NCBI GenBank assembly: GCA_041181125.1
Contig: JBEGQD010000070.1
Location: 3,102 to 67,101, forward strand
DNA from: Actinomycetota bacterium
Lineage (GTDB): Bacteria; Actinomycetota; Actinomycetes; Nanopelagicales; Nanopelagicaceae
DNA length: 64,000 nucleotides
Reading direction: 5' to 3'
How positions within the stretch are numbered: position 1 is the first letter of the stretch; every line of letters begins with the position of its first letter. A program made the position numbers and the translations under genes. This document shows, piece after piece, positions 52,493 through 61,189 of the stretch. The notes under the pieces are model-generated. The model was not told where the DNA came from. It did not search any database and saw nothing but the letters and a program-made list of their open reading frames with translations.

Positions 52493-53263
52493 TTAGTGAT
52501 CGTCCTTCATTCCCTCTGCTACGGATTTCATCTTTGCAATCTTTAGGATTGTTAGACCAAATACGCACTTTGCCAATACATCTGCAATTGTGTAACCGAT
52601 TTGACGGTTAACAAATGCGCCCGGATCAGTGTGTGACTGTCCAAGAATTGGTAGTAGGTATGAAATTGGGTATACGCCCCATGTTGCGATCAACAGAAGA
52701 CGTAAGCGACCAATAGTTGCTGCAACGCCTGCTGGTTGACGATCTAGGGACTTTGAAAGCTCAACGAACAATACATAAAGAATGTATAGGAAAGGTAGAG
52801 TTGAAAGAACACCCCAAATTACTTTGGTGTTGTTATCTGTAGAAATCTCACCTGGATAACCAAGTGCGATCATTGCTGCAGATGCTGGCACTAAGCGGCT
52901 GATTAGAGAAGATGAAGCTGCCTTAGCGAGAGCTAGAACTGCAACTACCTCAACTAGAAGAAGAGGTACAGTTAAAATCCAGTCAACATAGCGATATGCC
53001 TCATTGAATGAACCTTTACCGGTTCCTACTGAAACTGCGCCATTTACATATGAATCATCAAATGAATTGAAAATTCTCATGTAGTGGTAGCCAGCAATGA
53101 ATGTAACCATTGATGACATAACAAGGGCGCCACGGTACTTAGGAAGTACTCGTGATTGTGAAACTAGTGTGTAAACGGTACAAGCCAACATTGATACAAG
53201 TCCGAATGAAAAGATGTTGTATAGAATGCCGAATTGATCGTTCGATAGTGTTATTGAACTCAT
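52493..53263 (-). CDS. actR: Actinorhodopsin (DTE outward proton pump, xanthorhodopsin-like clade)
   Basis: YRYVDWILTVPLLLVE (D-T-E, Leu at the spectral tuning site), WGVLS antenna Gly, WGVYP, DVLAK retinal lysine. Confidence 0.95.
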   Translation of the reverse strand: MSSITLSNDQFGILYNIFSFGLVSMLACTVYTLVSQSRVLPKYRGALVMSSMVTFIAGYHYMRIFNSFDDSYVNGAVSVGTGKGSFNEAYRYVDWILTVPLLLVEVVAVLALAKAASSSLISRLVPASAAMIALGYPGEISTDNNTKVIWGVLSTLPFLYILYVLFVELSKSLDRQPAGVAATIGRLRLLLIATWGVYPISYLLPILGQSHTDPGAFVNRQIGYTIADVLAKCVFGLTILKIAKMKSVAEGMKDDH

Positions 53264-53376
53264 CTAAATAAGCCTCCATAGGCATTTAGCTTGCTCATAC
53301 CCTTTTGGATACAAGCCAGCGATTATTCATAACCTCATATGCAAGCTATGACTAACCGCCTGCCTATATGGTGGCC

Positions 53377-53392
53377 GTTACTGGCCAGTCAC
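53377..53392. promoter_or_regulatory. Palindromic operator candidate upstream of actR
   Basis: GTTACTGGCCAGTCAC (14/16 palindromic; also GTnAC-N6-GTnAC). Confidence 0.45.
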
Positions 53393-53520
53393 ACAATTGC
53401 ATTCATGCTCTTTTCTCATTAATTTTTAATAATTTATCCCTAAAAATGGGGTAAATCGGACATTCTAAAACCAATCCTTAGCGCAATAGGTAACTGCGCT
53501 CGCCATTTACACTTACACAA

Positions 53521-54333
53521 ATGACATCCACTCCAGCCGGCAAAAAAAGCGCCCCGATAGGGATCTTCGATTCTGGCGTCGGTGGCTTAACTGTTGCTAG
53601 AGCAATTATCGATCAGCTACCTGGGGAGTCAATTCTTTATATCGGCGATACCGCCCGTGGCCCCTATGGACCAAAATCATTAGCTCAGGTTCGCACCTAT
53701 GCCCTTGAGATTATGGATCAATTAGTTGAGGCTGGTGTTAAAGCAATTGTGATTGCTTGTAATACTGCCAGCGCTGCGATGTTAAGAGATGCTCGCGAGC
53801 GCTATCAGATCCCAGTTATCGAGGTAATCCAACCTGCGGTCCGAAGAGCGGTTGCTGCAACTAGAAGCGGCAAGGTCGGCGTAATTGGAACAGCTGCAAC
53901 TATTGAATCAAAGGCTTACCTAGATGCATTTGCCGCCGCCCCTCAACTGGAAATTACCGCCAAAGCCTGTCCATTATTTGTTGAGTATGTTGAAGCCGGA
54001 AACACCAGTGGGGATGAGATCACCAAGATCGCTCAAGATTACTTAGCAGAGATGAAAAAAGCAGATATCGATACATTGGTTTTAGGTTGCACTCACTATC
54101 CACTTTTAACTGGTGTGATCTCTTATGTAATGGGAAATGATGTCACCTTGGTATCGAGTGCGGAGGAGACAGCAAAGGATTTATATCGCAATTTAGTTGA
54201 AGCAGATCTACTTAGTACACCTGGGGCTGCAGTGACCCATCGCTTTGTTGCTACGGCAGATGCCGATAAGTTTGCCACCTTAGCCCGAAGGTTTTTAGGG
54301 CCTGAGGTTTTAAAAGTCACAACTAAGATTTAA
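53521..54333 (+). CDS. murI: Glutamate racemase
   Basis: [23 protein letters not shown]. Confidence 0.97.
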   Translation: MTSTPAGKKSAPIGIFDSGVGGLTVARAIIDQLPGESILYIGDTARGPYGPKSLAQVRTYALEIMDQLVEAGVKAIVIACNTASAAMLRDARERYQIPVIEVIQPAVRRAVAATRSGKVGVIGTAATIESKAYLDAFAAAPQLEITAKACPLFVEYVEAGNTSGDEITKIAQDYLAEMKKADIDTLVLGCTHYPLLTGVISYVMGNDVTLVSSAEETAKDLYRNLVEADLLSTPGAAVTHRFVATADADKFATLARRFLGPEVLKVTTKI

Positions 54334-54343
54334 AAGGAGAGAA

Positions 54344-55069
54344 ATGAGCAGATTAGATGGCAGAAACAATGATCAGCTACGGGCAGTTAAATTCACCCGT
54401 AATTGGTTAAATAATGCCGAAGGCTCAGTCCTAGTTGAGTTTGGAAACACCAGAGTTTTGTGTGTTGCCTCCTTTACCCCAGGTGTTCCTCGGTGGTTGG
54501 TTGGTAAGGGTGAAGGTTGGGTCACTAGTGAGTATGCGATGTTGCCAAGAGCAACTCACACAAGAAGTGATCGAGAAAGTGTAAAAGGGAAATTAGGCGG
54601 GCGCACACAGGAGATCTCTAGATTAGTTGGCAGATCACTTCGTGGCGTAGTGGATATGAAAGCATTAGGTGAGAACACAATTGTGATTGATTGCGATGTA
54701 CTGCAAGCAGATGGTGGCACAAGAACTGCAGCAATTACCGGGGCTTATGTTGCACTACAAGATGCCATCTCATGGGCGATAGAGAAAGGTCACATTGCTA
54801 AAACTGCCAAGCCAATTATTCAATCAGTTGCGGCAGTTTCAGTTGGAATTATTGCTGGCATGCCAACCCTTGATCTTTGCTATGAAGAAGATGTGAGCGC
54901 GCAAACTGACATGAATATTGTTTGCACTGGCGAAGGAAATTTTATTGAGGTGCAGGGAACTGCTGAGGGTAAACCATTTGATCGGTCCCTACTTAATCAA
55001 TTACTAGATTTAGGCGCAGCAGGTTGTGCACAACTAACTAAGCTTCAAGTAGCAGCATTATCAAAGTAA
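54344..55069 (+). CDS. rph: Ribonuclease PH
   Basis: [44 protein letters not shown]. Confidence 0.97.
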   Translation: MSRLDGRNNDQLRAVKFTRNWLNNAEGSVLVEFGNTRVLCVASFTPGVPRWLVGKGEGWVTSEYAMLPRATHTRSDRESVKGKLGGRTQEISRLVGRSLRGVVDMKALGENTIVIDCDVLQADGGTRTAAITGAYVALQDAISWAIEKGHIAKTAKPIIQSVAAVSVGIIAGMPTLDLCYEEDVSAQTDMNIVCTGEGNFIEVQGTAEGKPFDRSLLNQLLDLGAAGCAQLTKLQVAALSK

Positions 55070-55091
55070 TTACTTAACTCAGTAATAAATA

Positions 55092-55718
55092 ATGCGTAAA
55101 TTAGTTTTAGCAACAAAAAATCTTGGCAAGGTAACTGAGTTTGACCGCCTACTTAGTAATTACGCCCCAGATATTAAAGTTTTAGGATTGGCAGATTTTC
55201 CTGATATGCCAGAGGTGATAGAGAGTGGGAAAACATTAAGTGAAAATGCCAGGTTAAAAGCTAAAACCATCTCCCAATTCACTAACTTGCCAGCCCTTGC
55301 CGATGACAGCGGTTTATTTATCGATGCTTTAAATGGTGACCCTGGTATCTACTCAGCACGTTGGGCAGGGTATGTGGGCGATGATGCAAAGGTGCGGGAT
55401 CAATTAAATATTCAAAAGGTTTTAACCCAATTAAAGGATGTACCAGTATCTGCCAGAGCTGGGCAATTTAAAGCGGTAGTAGCTTTTTACAAAGAGAGTA
55501 GTGATGGCTCAGTTATTGAAAAAGAGGAGTTGGGAGTTTTGCCTGGGCAAATACTTACCCAACCAATTGGCGATTCCGGCTTTGGTTATGATCCAATTTT
55601 TATACCAGACCAGTTTGATCTATCACTAGCTCAACTTGCACCAGGGGTGAAGGATGAGGTTAGTCATCGCGGCATTGCGCTTAGGGCAATTGCGCCATTT
55701 TTACGCGATCACCTCTGA
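55092..55718 (+). CDS. rdgB: dITP/XTP pyrophosphatase
   Basis: ATKNLGK, ADDSGL, PGIYSARW, GFGYDPIF, SHRG. Confidence 0.96.
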   Translation: MRKLVLATKNLGKVTEFDRLLSNYAPDIKVLGLADFPDMPEVIESGKTLSENARLKAKTISQFTNLPALADDSGLFIDALNGDPGIYSARWAGYVGDDAKVRDQLNIQKVLTQLKDVPVSARAGQFKAVVAFYKESSDGSVIEKEELGVLPGQILTQPIGDSGFGYDPIFIPDQFDLSLAQLAPGVKDEVSHRGIALRAIAPFLRDHL

Positions 55719-55831
55719 TCGCCTGAAGTAAAACTCAATTTTAATGTTGTATCCTTATCGCATCCTTCCCTAGGAGAATTACTTCAAATCAACCTAGATA
55801 ATTAGCGAAATAATAATAAAAGGAGTCATAA

Positions 55832-56581
55832 GTGGCAGCAAAGAAGAAAGCGGCAAAGCGTCCAACTGCTAAGCGCAGCTCAGCAAAGCGAAGTGTTAAG
55901 AAAGCGGCAAAGCGTCCAACTGCTAAGCGCAGCTCAGCAAAGAGAAGTGTGAAGAAGGCAGCGAAGCGTTCTTCAAAATCAGCTAACCGCTATTCAATTC
56001 CGGCGGTCCCAATCAGTGGTTCATCTAGATCTTCAGTTTCTACTATTTCAACTACGCCAAAGCCTTCATCAGGTAGCTCATACTCTGCTAAATCCGCAAG
56101 TAAGAGCAGCAACGCTGGTTCATCAAAGGCGATTGTGATTGCAGTAGTTCTTGGTATTTTGGTTTTGGCAATTGCAGTTATCTCAAAGAACTCATCCTCG
56201 GATACAGCAACAGTTACACCAACACCAGCTGCTTCTGAAAGTAATATGCCAACTACTTCTCCAACCTCTGAGCCAACGGGTGCACCACTTGCAGCACATG
56301 AGGCTCCAGTTGGAATCGTTTCTCTTTATAACGCAGATGGCGCAACGGTTAATTGGAAGGCACCTACTGCTGCTGAGGGAATTACCGGTTACAACGTCGA
56401 GCTTCGCGCAAATGGAGCAGGTGATTGGAAGTTGGTAGCAACTGTGCCAGCAACTGTATTCAAACAACAGATTACTAAAAATGACACAACTGGCTGGGTA
56501 CAGGTAAAGGTTTCAACTGTTTACTCAGATGGTGAGGTTGTTGCTGGAAAAATTCACGGACTTCCAGGTAGCTGGTCTTAG
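55832..56581 (+). CDS. Bitopic protein: histone-H1-like K/A/R-rich N-terminus, TM helix, Pro/Thr linker, fibronectin type III domain
   Basis: KKAAKRPTAKRSSAKRSV repeats; TM AIVIAVVLGILVLAIAVI; FN3-like VNWKAP...ITGYNVE...W...VKV; strong SD AAGGAG and own terminator. Confidence 0.75.
   Translation: MAAKKKAAKRPTAKRSSAKRSVKKAAKRPTAKRSSAKRSVKKAAKRSSKSANRYSIPAVPISGSSRSSVSTISTTPKPSSGSSYSAKSASKSSNAGSSKAIVIAVVLGILVLAIAVISKNSSSDTATVTPTPAASESNMPTTSPTSEPTGAPLAAHEAPVGIVSLYNADGATVNWKAPTAAEGITGYNVELRANGAGDWKLVATVPATVFKQQITKNDTTGWVQVKVSTVYSDGEVVAGKIHGLPGSWS
55844..55969 (+). repeat. 54-bp coding tandem repeat (2 near-identical copies plus a partial third)
   Basis: 55844-55897 versus 55898-55951 differ only at two synonymous positions. 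Confidence 0.9.
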
Positions 56582-56600
56582 TCTGTAGTTAAAGTAATTT

Positions 56601-56631
56601 AATTAGCCCCCAAGAAATTGGGGGCTAATTT
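56601..56631. terminator. Intrinsic terminator after the histone-like/FN3 gene
   Basis: AATTAGCCCCCAA GAAA TTGGGGGCTAATT followed by T-rich sequence. Confidence 0.88.
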
Positions 56632-56650
56632 ATTTTGATGGTCTATCTTG

Positions 56651-58417
56651 TTATTTCTTTAATACACTTAAAACTAAATCAACATAAACATCAGAGCCAG
56701 TTGGACTTAAATGAACCCCATCTGGTGCAAACAATTCAGGCCGTCCATTTGAGACTCGAGCCCAATCAACTAATTTCACATTCATATATCTAGATGCAAC
56801 TTTTGAAATGATTGCATTATTAGCATCACGCCATGGCCTTGGCACAGCAGTGTTAACCACAATGATCTGTGGTTGATTTTTCACAACCTCAAAAATATCA
56901 ATAACTGTTTGTTCGTTCAGCGCATTGTTATTACCCAGGTTAAATATCACGGGTGATTGCGGAACTGAGTTTTGATCAACTTTCATAACAGCAAGAAGCT
57001 CTGTGGCTTGTCTTCCTACTCGAGCATTAACAAGTGAAATATGCTCTTTATTTTCGAGCTTGCTCCTAATTCCTAAAATAACACTATCGCCAGTTACCCA
57101 AAGGCCGGTTGTACTTCCAAGATCAACATCTGATTGGTTTTGATCCAATTGCTGCTGAATCGATTCTTGAACAATTTGATTTGATTTATTAATTGCTTGA
57201 ACTGAAATCGAAGTTGTAATTACTAATACTGCGATTATTGACAGCAATACCGATATTTGCTGGCGAAGCTTAACCTTAGCGGAGCGATACTTCATACCTC
57301 TAAACCAAGTTTGTACCAAGCCTTGTCTAACTGGAATTTCTACCCAGCGAAGTGAGATATCGGCCAAAGCTAAAACTAATAAAATTCGCGCTAGGTATAA
57401 CGCCCAGGTTTGTCCAGATAGATCCACCGATGGTCTGGTAACTTGAAAAATTACCCAGTGCCAGATGTAAATACCGTAACTGCGCTGACCTATCCAGCGG
57501 AAAGGTGCGGTGCTTATTATTGGGGCAAACCTTGATGCTGGATGAACTAATGAGATTATTACTAAGCAACCAAAAATACCGGCGAGCGGGAATGCAATTC
57601 GGTAGAGGCTGGCATTGGTTTCATCAATGAATAAAAATGTTGAAATTAAACCGAGTAATCCAACGACACCAATTCCATCAATTACATCTTGAGCACGCTT
57701 TTCGATATCTGCTGAGAGATTTTGTGGAATCCAAGAAACAGCTAAGGCCGAGCCAAGAAATAAACCTAATGAGTGAGTATCTGTTCCAAAGTAAATATGG
57801 CTAACTTGTTGAGCATTTGATTGATCTAGTTGCAATGAAACAAAAAACAGCGCAGTACCAGAGATAAGTGCGATAATGAGTGCAATTCGAGCGATATTTC
57901 TCTTTCCAAAGTATTTTAAGATTGTAAGCAAAATTATTGGCCAGATTAAATAGAACTGTAATTCAACTGCAAGTGACCAGGTGTGCTGAAGCAGTGGAGG
58001 ACGGCCAATTGTTTCGAAGTAATCTTGATGGCGAGATACTAGAAGCCAGTTAATTGTACCGGTTAACGCATATGGTAAGTCTGACAAAAATCGCTTAATC
58101 GCCTCTGGCGCCCAAACACCAATAAATAAGATGGTGCAAACAACCATAAATAAAAATCCCGGATAAATTCTGCGAAGTCGGGCAGCATAGAAGGCTCTTA
58201 AATCAAGTGCACTTGATTGATTTATTGAGTCAAGAATTAATCGAGTGATTACATAGCCAGAGATTACAAAAAATAAATCAACTCCTAAAAATCCGCCAGG
58301 AATCCAAGAGATTCCTAAGTGGTAGAGCAAAACTGCTGTAACTGCAATCGCGCGAAGACCATCAATTGATGAAATATGACGGACATTTTTTTGCCCGCTA
58401 CTATTTTTACCGTTCAT
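56651..58417 (-). CDS. OatA-like O-acetyltransferase (AT3 plus SGNH)
   Basis: IDGLRAIAV, GGFLGVDLFFVISG, HTWSLAVELQFY; SGNH domain GDSV, LGNN, DGVH. Confidence 0.88.
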   Translation of the reverse strand: MNGKNSSGQKNVRHISSIDGLRAIAVTAVLLYHLGISWIPGGFLGVDLFFVISGYVITRLILDSINQSSALDLRAFYAARLRRIYPGFLFMVVCTILFIGVWAPEAIKRFLSDLPYALTGTINWLLVSRHQDYFETIGRPPLLQHTWSLAVELQFYLIWPIILLTILKYFGKRNIARIALIIALISGTALFFVSLQLDQSNAQQVSHIYFGTDTHSLGLFLGSALAVSWIPQNLSADIEKRAQDVIDGIGVVGLLGLISTFLFIDETNASLYRIAFPLAGIFGCLVIISLVHPASRFAPIISTAPFRWIGQRSYGIYIWHWVIFQVTRPSVDLSGQTWALYLARILLVLALADISLRWVEIPVRQGLVQTWFRGMKYRSAKVKLRQQISVLLSIIAVLVITTSISVQAINKSNQIVQESIQQQLDQNQSDVDLGSTTGLWVTGDSVILGIRSKLENKEHISLVNARVGRQATELLAVMKVDQNSVPQSPVIFNLGNNNALNEQTVIDIFEVVKNQPQIIVVNTAVPRPWRDANNAIISKVASRYMNVKLVDWARVSNGRPELFAPDGVHLSPTGSDVYVDLVLSVLKK

Positions 58418-58467
58418 TTATTTAAGGTAGCAAAAAAGTTTAAACTCAATAACTGAAGTTAAGTCAG

Positions 58468-59289
58468 TTACTTCTTATTTTTTTTTGCTGGCCTCTTTTT
58501 TGCAGCCGCTTGGTTTTTATTGTTAACAGCGTTCTGCTTACGCGCTGCAGCCTGTGCAGCTTTTTTGCCAGCACCAACTACAAATGTTTTTCCAACCGGC
58601 TTGTCTTCACCATCTAGGTTGGCATTGATATCCATTTGAAGTTGAGATAGTCGTTCAAAGGCATGCTTTAGCTTCTGCCTTGATTCATTAATCGCATTCT
58701 CAGCAGCATTTAATGATGCGTTTTGAGCACGGTGTAATCGCTCAGCCTCTGAGATTGCTGATGAGAGCCAAGAGCGATAATCAACAATATTTCTTGCGGC
58801 TGTTTCAACTAGTTTTTGAGCATCACGCTTGGCTGCTGATGTTAACTGAGAGGCATTTCTTGCTGACTCATTAAGAATTTGATCTGCTTCACCTTCAGCG
58901 GTTGAAATAAGATTAGCGGCATCACTTTCTGCAGCTGAAATATATTTGCGACCACGAGACTCAGCTGAACTTAGAATCGCCCTTGCTTTAGCCTCAGCAG
59001 AATCTAATTTCTCTTTTGTATTTCTATTTGTTTCAGCAAGTAAGCGCTGTACGGCAGCATTAGCTTTTGCCTCACGTTGCTGAGCAGATTTAATCATGCT
59101 CATTGCAGTTTCAGTAGCTAAAATTTCAAACTCTTCGCGGCTTAAGCCGGTAATATCTCTACGAGAGCGAAGATCGTTTAGTTGACTTTCCAATTCACGA
59201 ATTCGTTCTAATGCATTTTGTGTAGGCGCAGGTTTACTTTCATCCTCACCTTTGAATCCAACCCAACTTAGAAAATTTTTCTCTGCCAT
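58468..59289 (-). CDS. Hendecad coiled-coil protein (DivIVA/FilP/Scy-like) with a basic C-terminal tail
   Basis: 11-residue periodicity AEAKARAILSS/AESRGRKYISA/AESDAANLIST/AEGEADQILNE/SARNASQLTSA/AKRDAQKLVET. Confidence 0.65.
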   Translation of the reverse strand: MAEKNFLSWVGFKGEDESKPAPTQNALERIRELESQLNDLRSRRDITGLSREEFEILATETAMSMIKSAQQREAKANAAVQRLLAETNRNTKEKLDSAEAKARAILSSAESRGRKYISAAESDAANLISTAEGEADQILNESARNASQLTSAAKRDAQKLVETAARNIVDYRSWLSSAISEAERLHRAQNASLNAAENAINESRQKLKHAFERLSQLQMDINANLDGEDKPVGKTFVVGAGKKAAQAAARKQNAVNNKNQAAAKKRPAKKNKK

Positions 59290-59325
59290 AACCTAAGCGT
59301 CCCCTACCTTTAAATTAAAAACAAC

Positions 59326-59407
59326 TGGTGCGGGAGGTGGGACTTGAACCCACACGCCGAAGCACAGGTTCCTAAGACCTGCGTGTCTGCCATTTCACCA
59401 CTCCCGC
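59326..59407 (-). tRNA. tRNA-Leu (TAG)
   Basis: Reverse complement GCGGGAGTGGTGAAATGGCAGACACGCAGGTCTTAGGAACCTG..GTTCAAGTCCCACCTCCCGCACCA; long variable arm, encoded CCA. Confidence 0.96.
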
Positions 59408-59503
59408 ATTATTTACTTGAGCAGGGGGCAAAGATTACGGTGTATCGGCGGCTTCACCAAAACCAGCGACCTTTAGCAAGGCCTAACGGGTAACCTTGCT
59501 CAA

Positions 59504-61189
59504 ATGAGTGCAGATTCAGTGCAAAGTAAGGTTGCTACGGCAATTCTTAAGGCGCTGGAGTTAGCCAATAACGATGGCTCACTGCCAATTGACGTGCCAT
59601 CACAGTTAATTTTGGAGCGTCCAAAAAACCGTGACCATGGAGATTATGCAACATCAATTGCACTTACTTTAGCTAAATCCGCAAGTATGCAACCCGGGGT
59701 GATTGCAAAGGTAATTGTTGAAAAATTAAGCGCTAACAACTTATTAGTTCCAGCCGGCATCAGTAAAGTTGAAATTGCCGGTCCAGGCTTTATAAATATC
59801 ATATTGGAAAGCGCCAGCCAGGCAGTTGTGGTGGGTGAAATTTTAAGTGCTGGAAATAAATTTGGCAGATCAAAATTACTAGCGGGGAAAAAAGTAAATC
59901 TTGAATTTGTTAGCGCAAATCCAACCGGGCCACTTCATTTAGGACACACCAGATGGGCAGCGGTCGGGGATTCACTTGGTAGAGTTTTATCCGCAGCCGG
60001 CGCTGAAGTTAGCCGTGAGTTTTATATAAATGATCGCGGAAACCAGATGGAGTTGTTTGGTGCATCCCTTCGATCTGCTGCATTAAATCAGCCACGTCCG
60101 GAAGCTGGCTATCACGGTGAGTATATTGAAGAGTTAGCTAATGAGATTGTAAAGAATAATCCAAAGATTACCCAGTTGCCTGAGAGCGAATCAATCTCAG
60201 CATTTACTGAGGCAGGTTATAAGTTACAAATTCAAGATCAAAAAGGTGTACTAGATAAATTTGGTACACACTTTGATACCTGGTTTTCTGAGCGCACACT
60301 TTATGATAATAATTTTTTTAATCATTCACTTGAAAAGTTAAAAGCTAAAGGCCATGTATTTCAGAGTGAGGGTGCTACTTGGCTTAGAACCACAGATTTT
60401 GGAGACGATAAAGATCGAGTAATGATTAAATCTGATGGATCATTTGCTTACTTTGCATCTGACACCGCTTACTACGTTAGCAAACGTGAGCGTGGTTTTA
60501 ATTTATGCATATATATGTTAGGCGCAGATCATCATGGTTATGTCGGTCGAATCAAAGCAATAGCTGCATGTGCAGGTGATGATCCAGAAAAAGATGTTGA
60601 AATCTTAATTGGACAGATGGTAAAAATAATGGAGGGTGGGTCAGAGTTAAAACTCTCAAAGCGTGCAGGCACAATTATAACCTTGGCAGAGCTGGTAGAG
60701 AAGGTTGGAACTGACGCAGCTCGCTACACATTGATTAGATACCCCACTGATACTCCAATGATTATGGATGTGGATTTACTTAAGAAAAATACAAATGAGA
60801 ATCCGGTTTATTACGTTCAATATGCACATGCAAGAATTTGTGCAGTCCTAAGAAATGCCAAAGAAATCGGAATAAAGTATGGTGCTGATGTCTACTTACC
60901 TGAGTTACTAAATCATGAACGCGAGCGAGAGTTAATTGGACTACTTGCACAATATCCAAAGGTGGTAGCAACCGCAGCAGAGCTACGTCAGCCTCATCGA
61001 ATAGCTAGATACATTGAAGAGTTGGCTGGTCAGTACCACCGTTTTTATAATGATTGCAGAGTTTTGCCGCTTGGTGAGGAAAAAATTACAGATTTAAACT
61101 CTGCGAGAGCAACTCTCTCGCAGGCAACTGCACAGGTAATCAGTAATGGTTTAGATTTGCTTGGTGTTAATGCCCCGGAGAAGATGTAA
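59504..61189 (+). CDS. argS: Arginine--tRNA ligase
   Basis: SANPTGPLHLGH, GADHHGY, LSKRAG, YYVQYAHAR. Confidence 0.97.
   Translation: MSADSVQSKVATAILKALELANNDGSLPIDVPSQLILERPKNRDHGDYATSIALTLAKSASMQPGVIAKVIVEKLSANNLLVPAGISKVEIAGPGFINIILESASQAVVVGEILSAGNKFGRSKLLAGKKVNLEFVSANPTGPLHLGHTRWAAVGDSLGRVLSAAGAEVSREFYINDRGNQMELFGASLRSAALNQPRPEAGYHGEYIEELANEIVKNNPKITQLPESESISAFTEAGYKLQIQDQKGVLDKFGTHFDTWFSERTLYDNNFFNHSLEKLKAKGHVFQSEGATWLRTTDFGDDKDRVMIKSDGSFAYFASDTAYYVSKRERGFNLCIYMLGADHHGYVGRIKAIAACAGDDPEKDVEILIGQMVKIMEGGSELKLSKRAGTIITLAELVEKVGTDAARYTLIRYPTDTPMIMDVDLLKKNTNENPVYYVQYAHARICAVLRNAKEIGIKYGADVYLPELLNHERERELIGLLAQYPKVVATAAELRQPHRIARYIEELAGQYHRFYNDCRVLPLGEEKITDLNSARATLSQATAQVISNGLDLLGVNAPEKM

Noticed and set aside
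53295-53330. 11-codon uORF (MNNRWLVSKRV) in the actR leader
   Set aside because: SD-to-ATG spacing is only about 2 nt and it is not at the predicted +1; insufficient support.
55844-55969. CRISPR-like repeat
   Set aside because: Contiguous in-frame coding repeats with no spacers and no cas genes.
55832-59407. Island at tRNA-Leu
   Set aside because: No mobility genes or att repeat seen; composition looks like the rest of the window.
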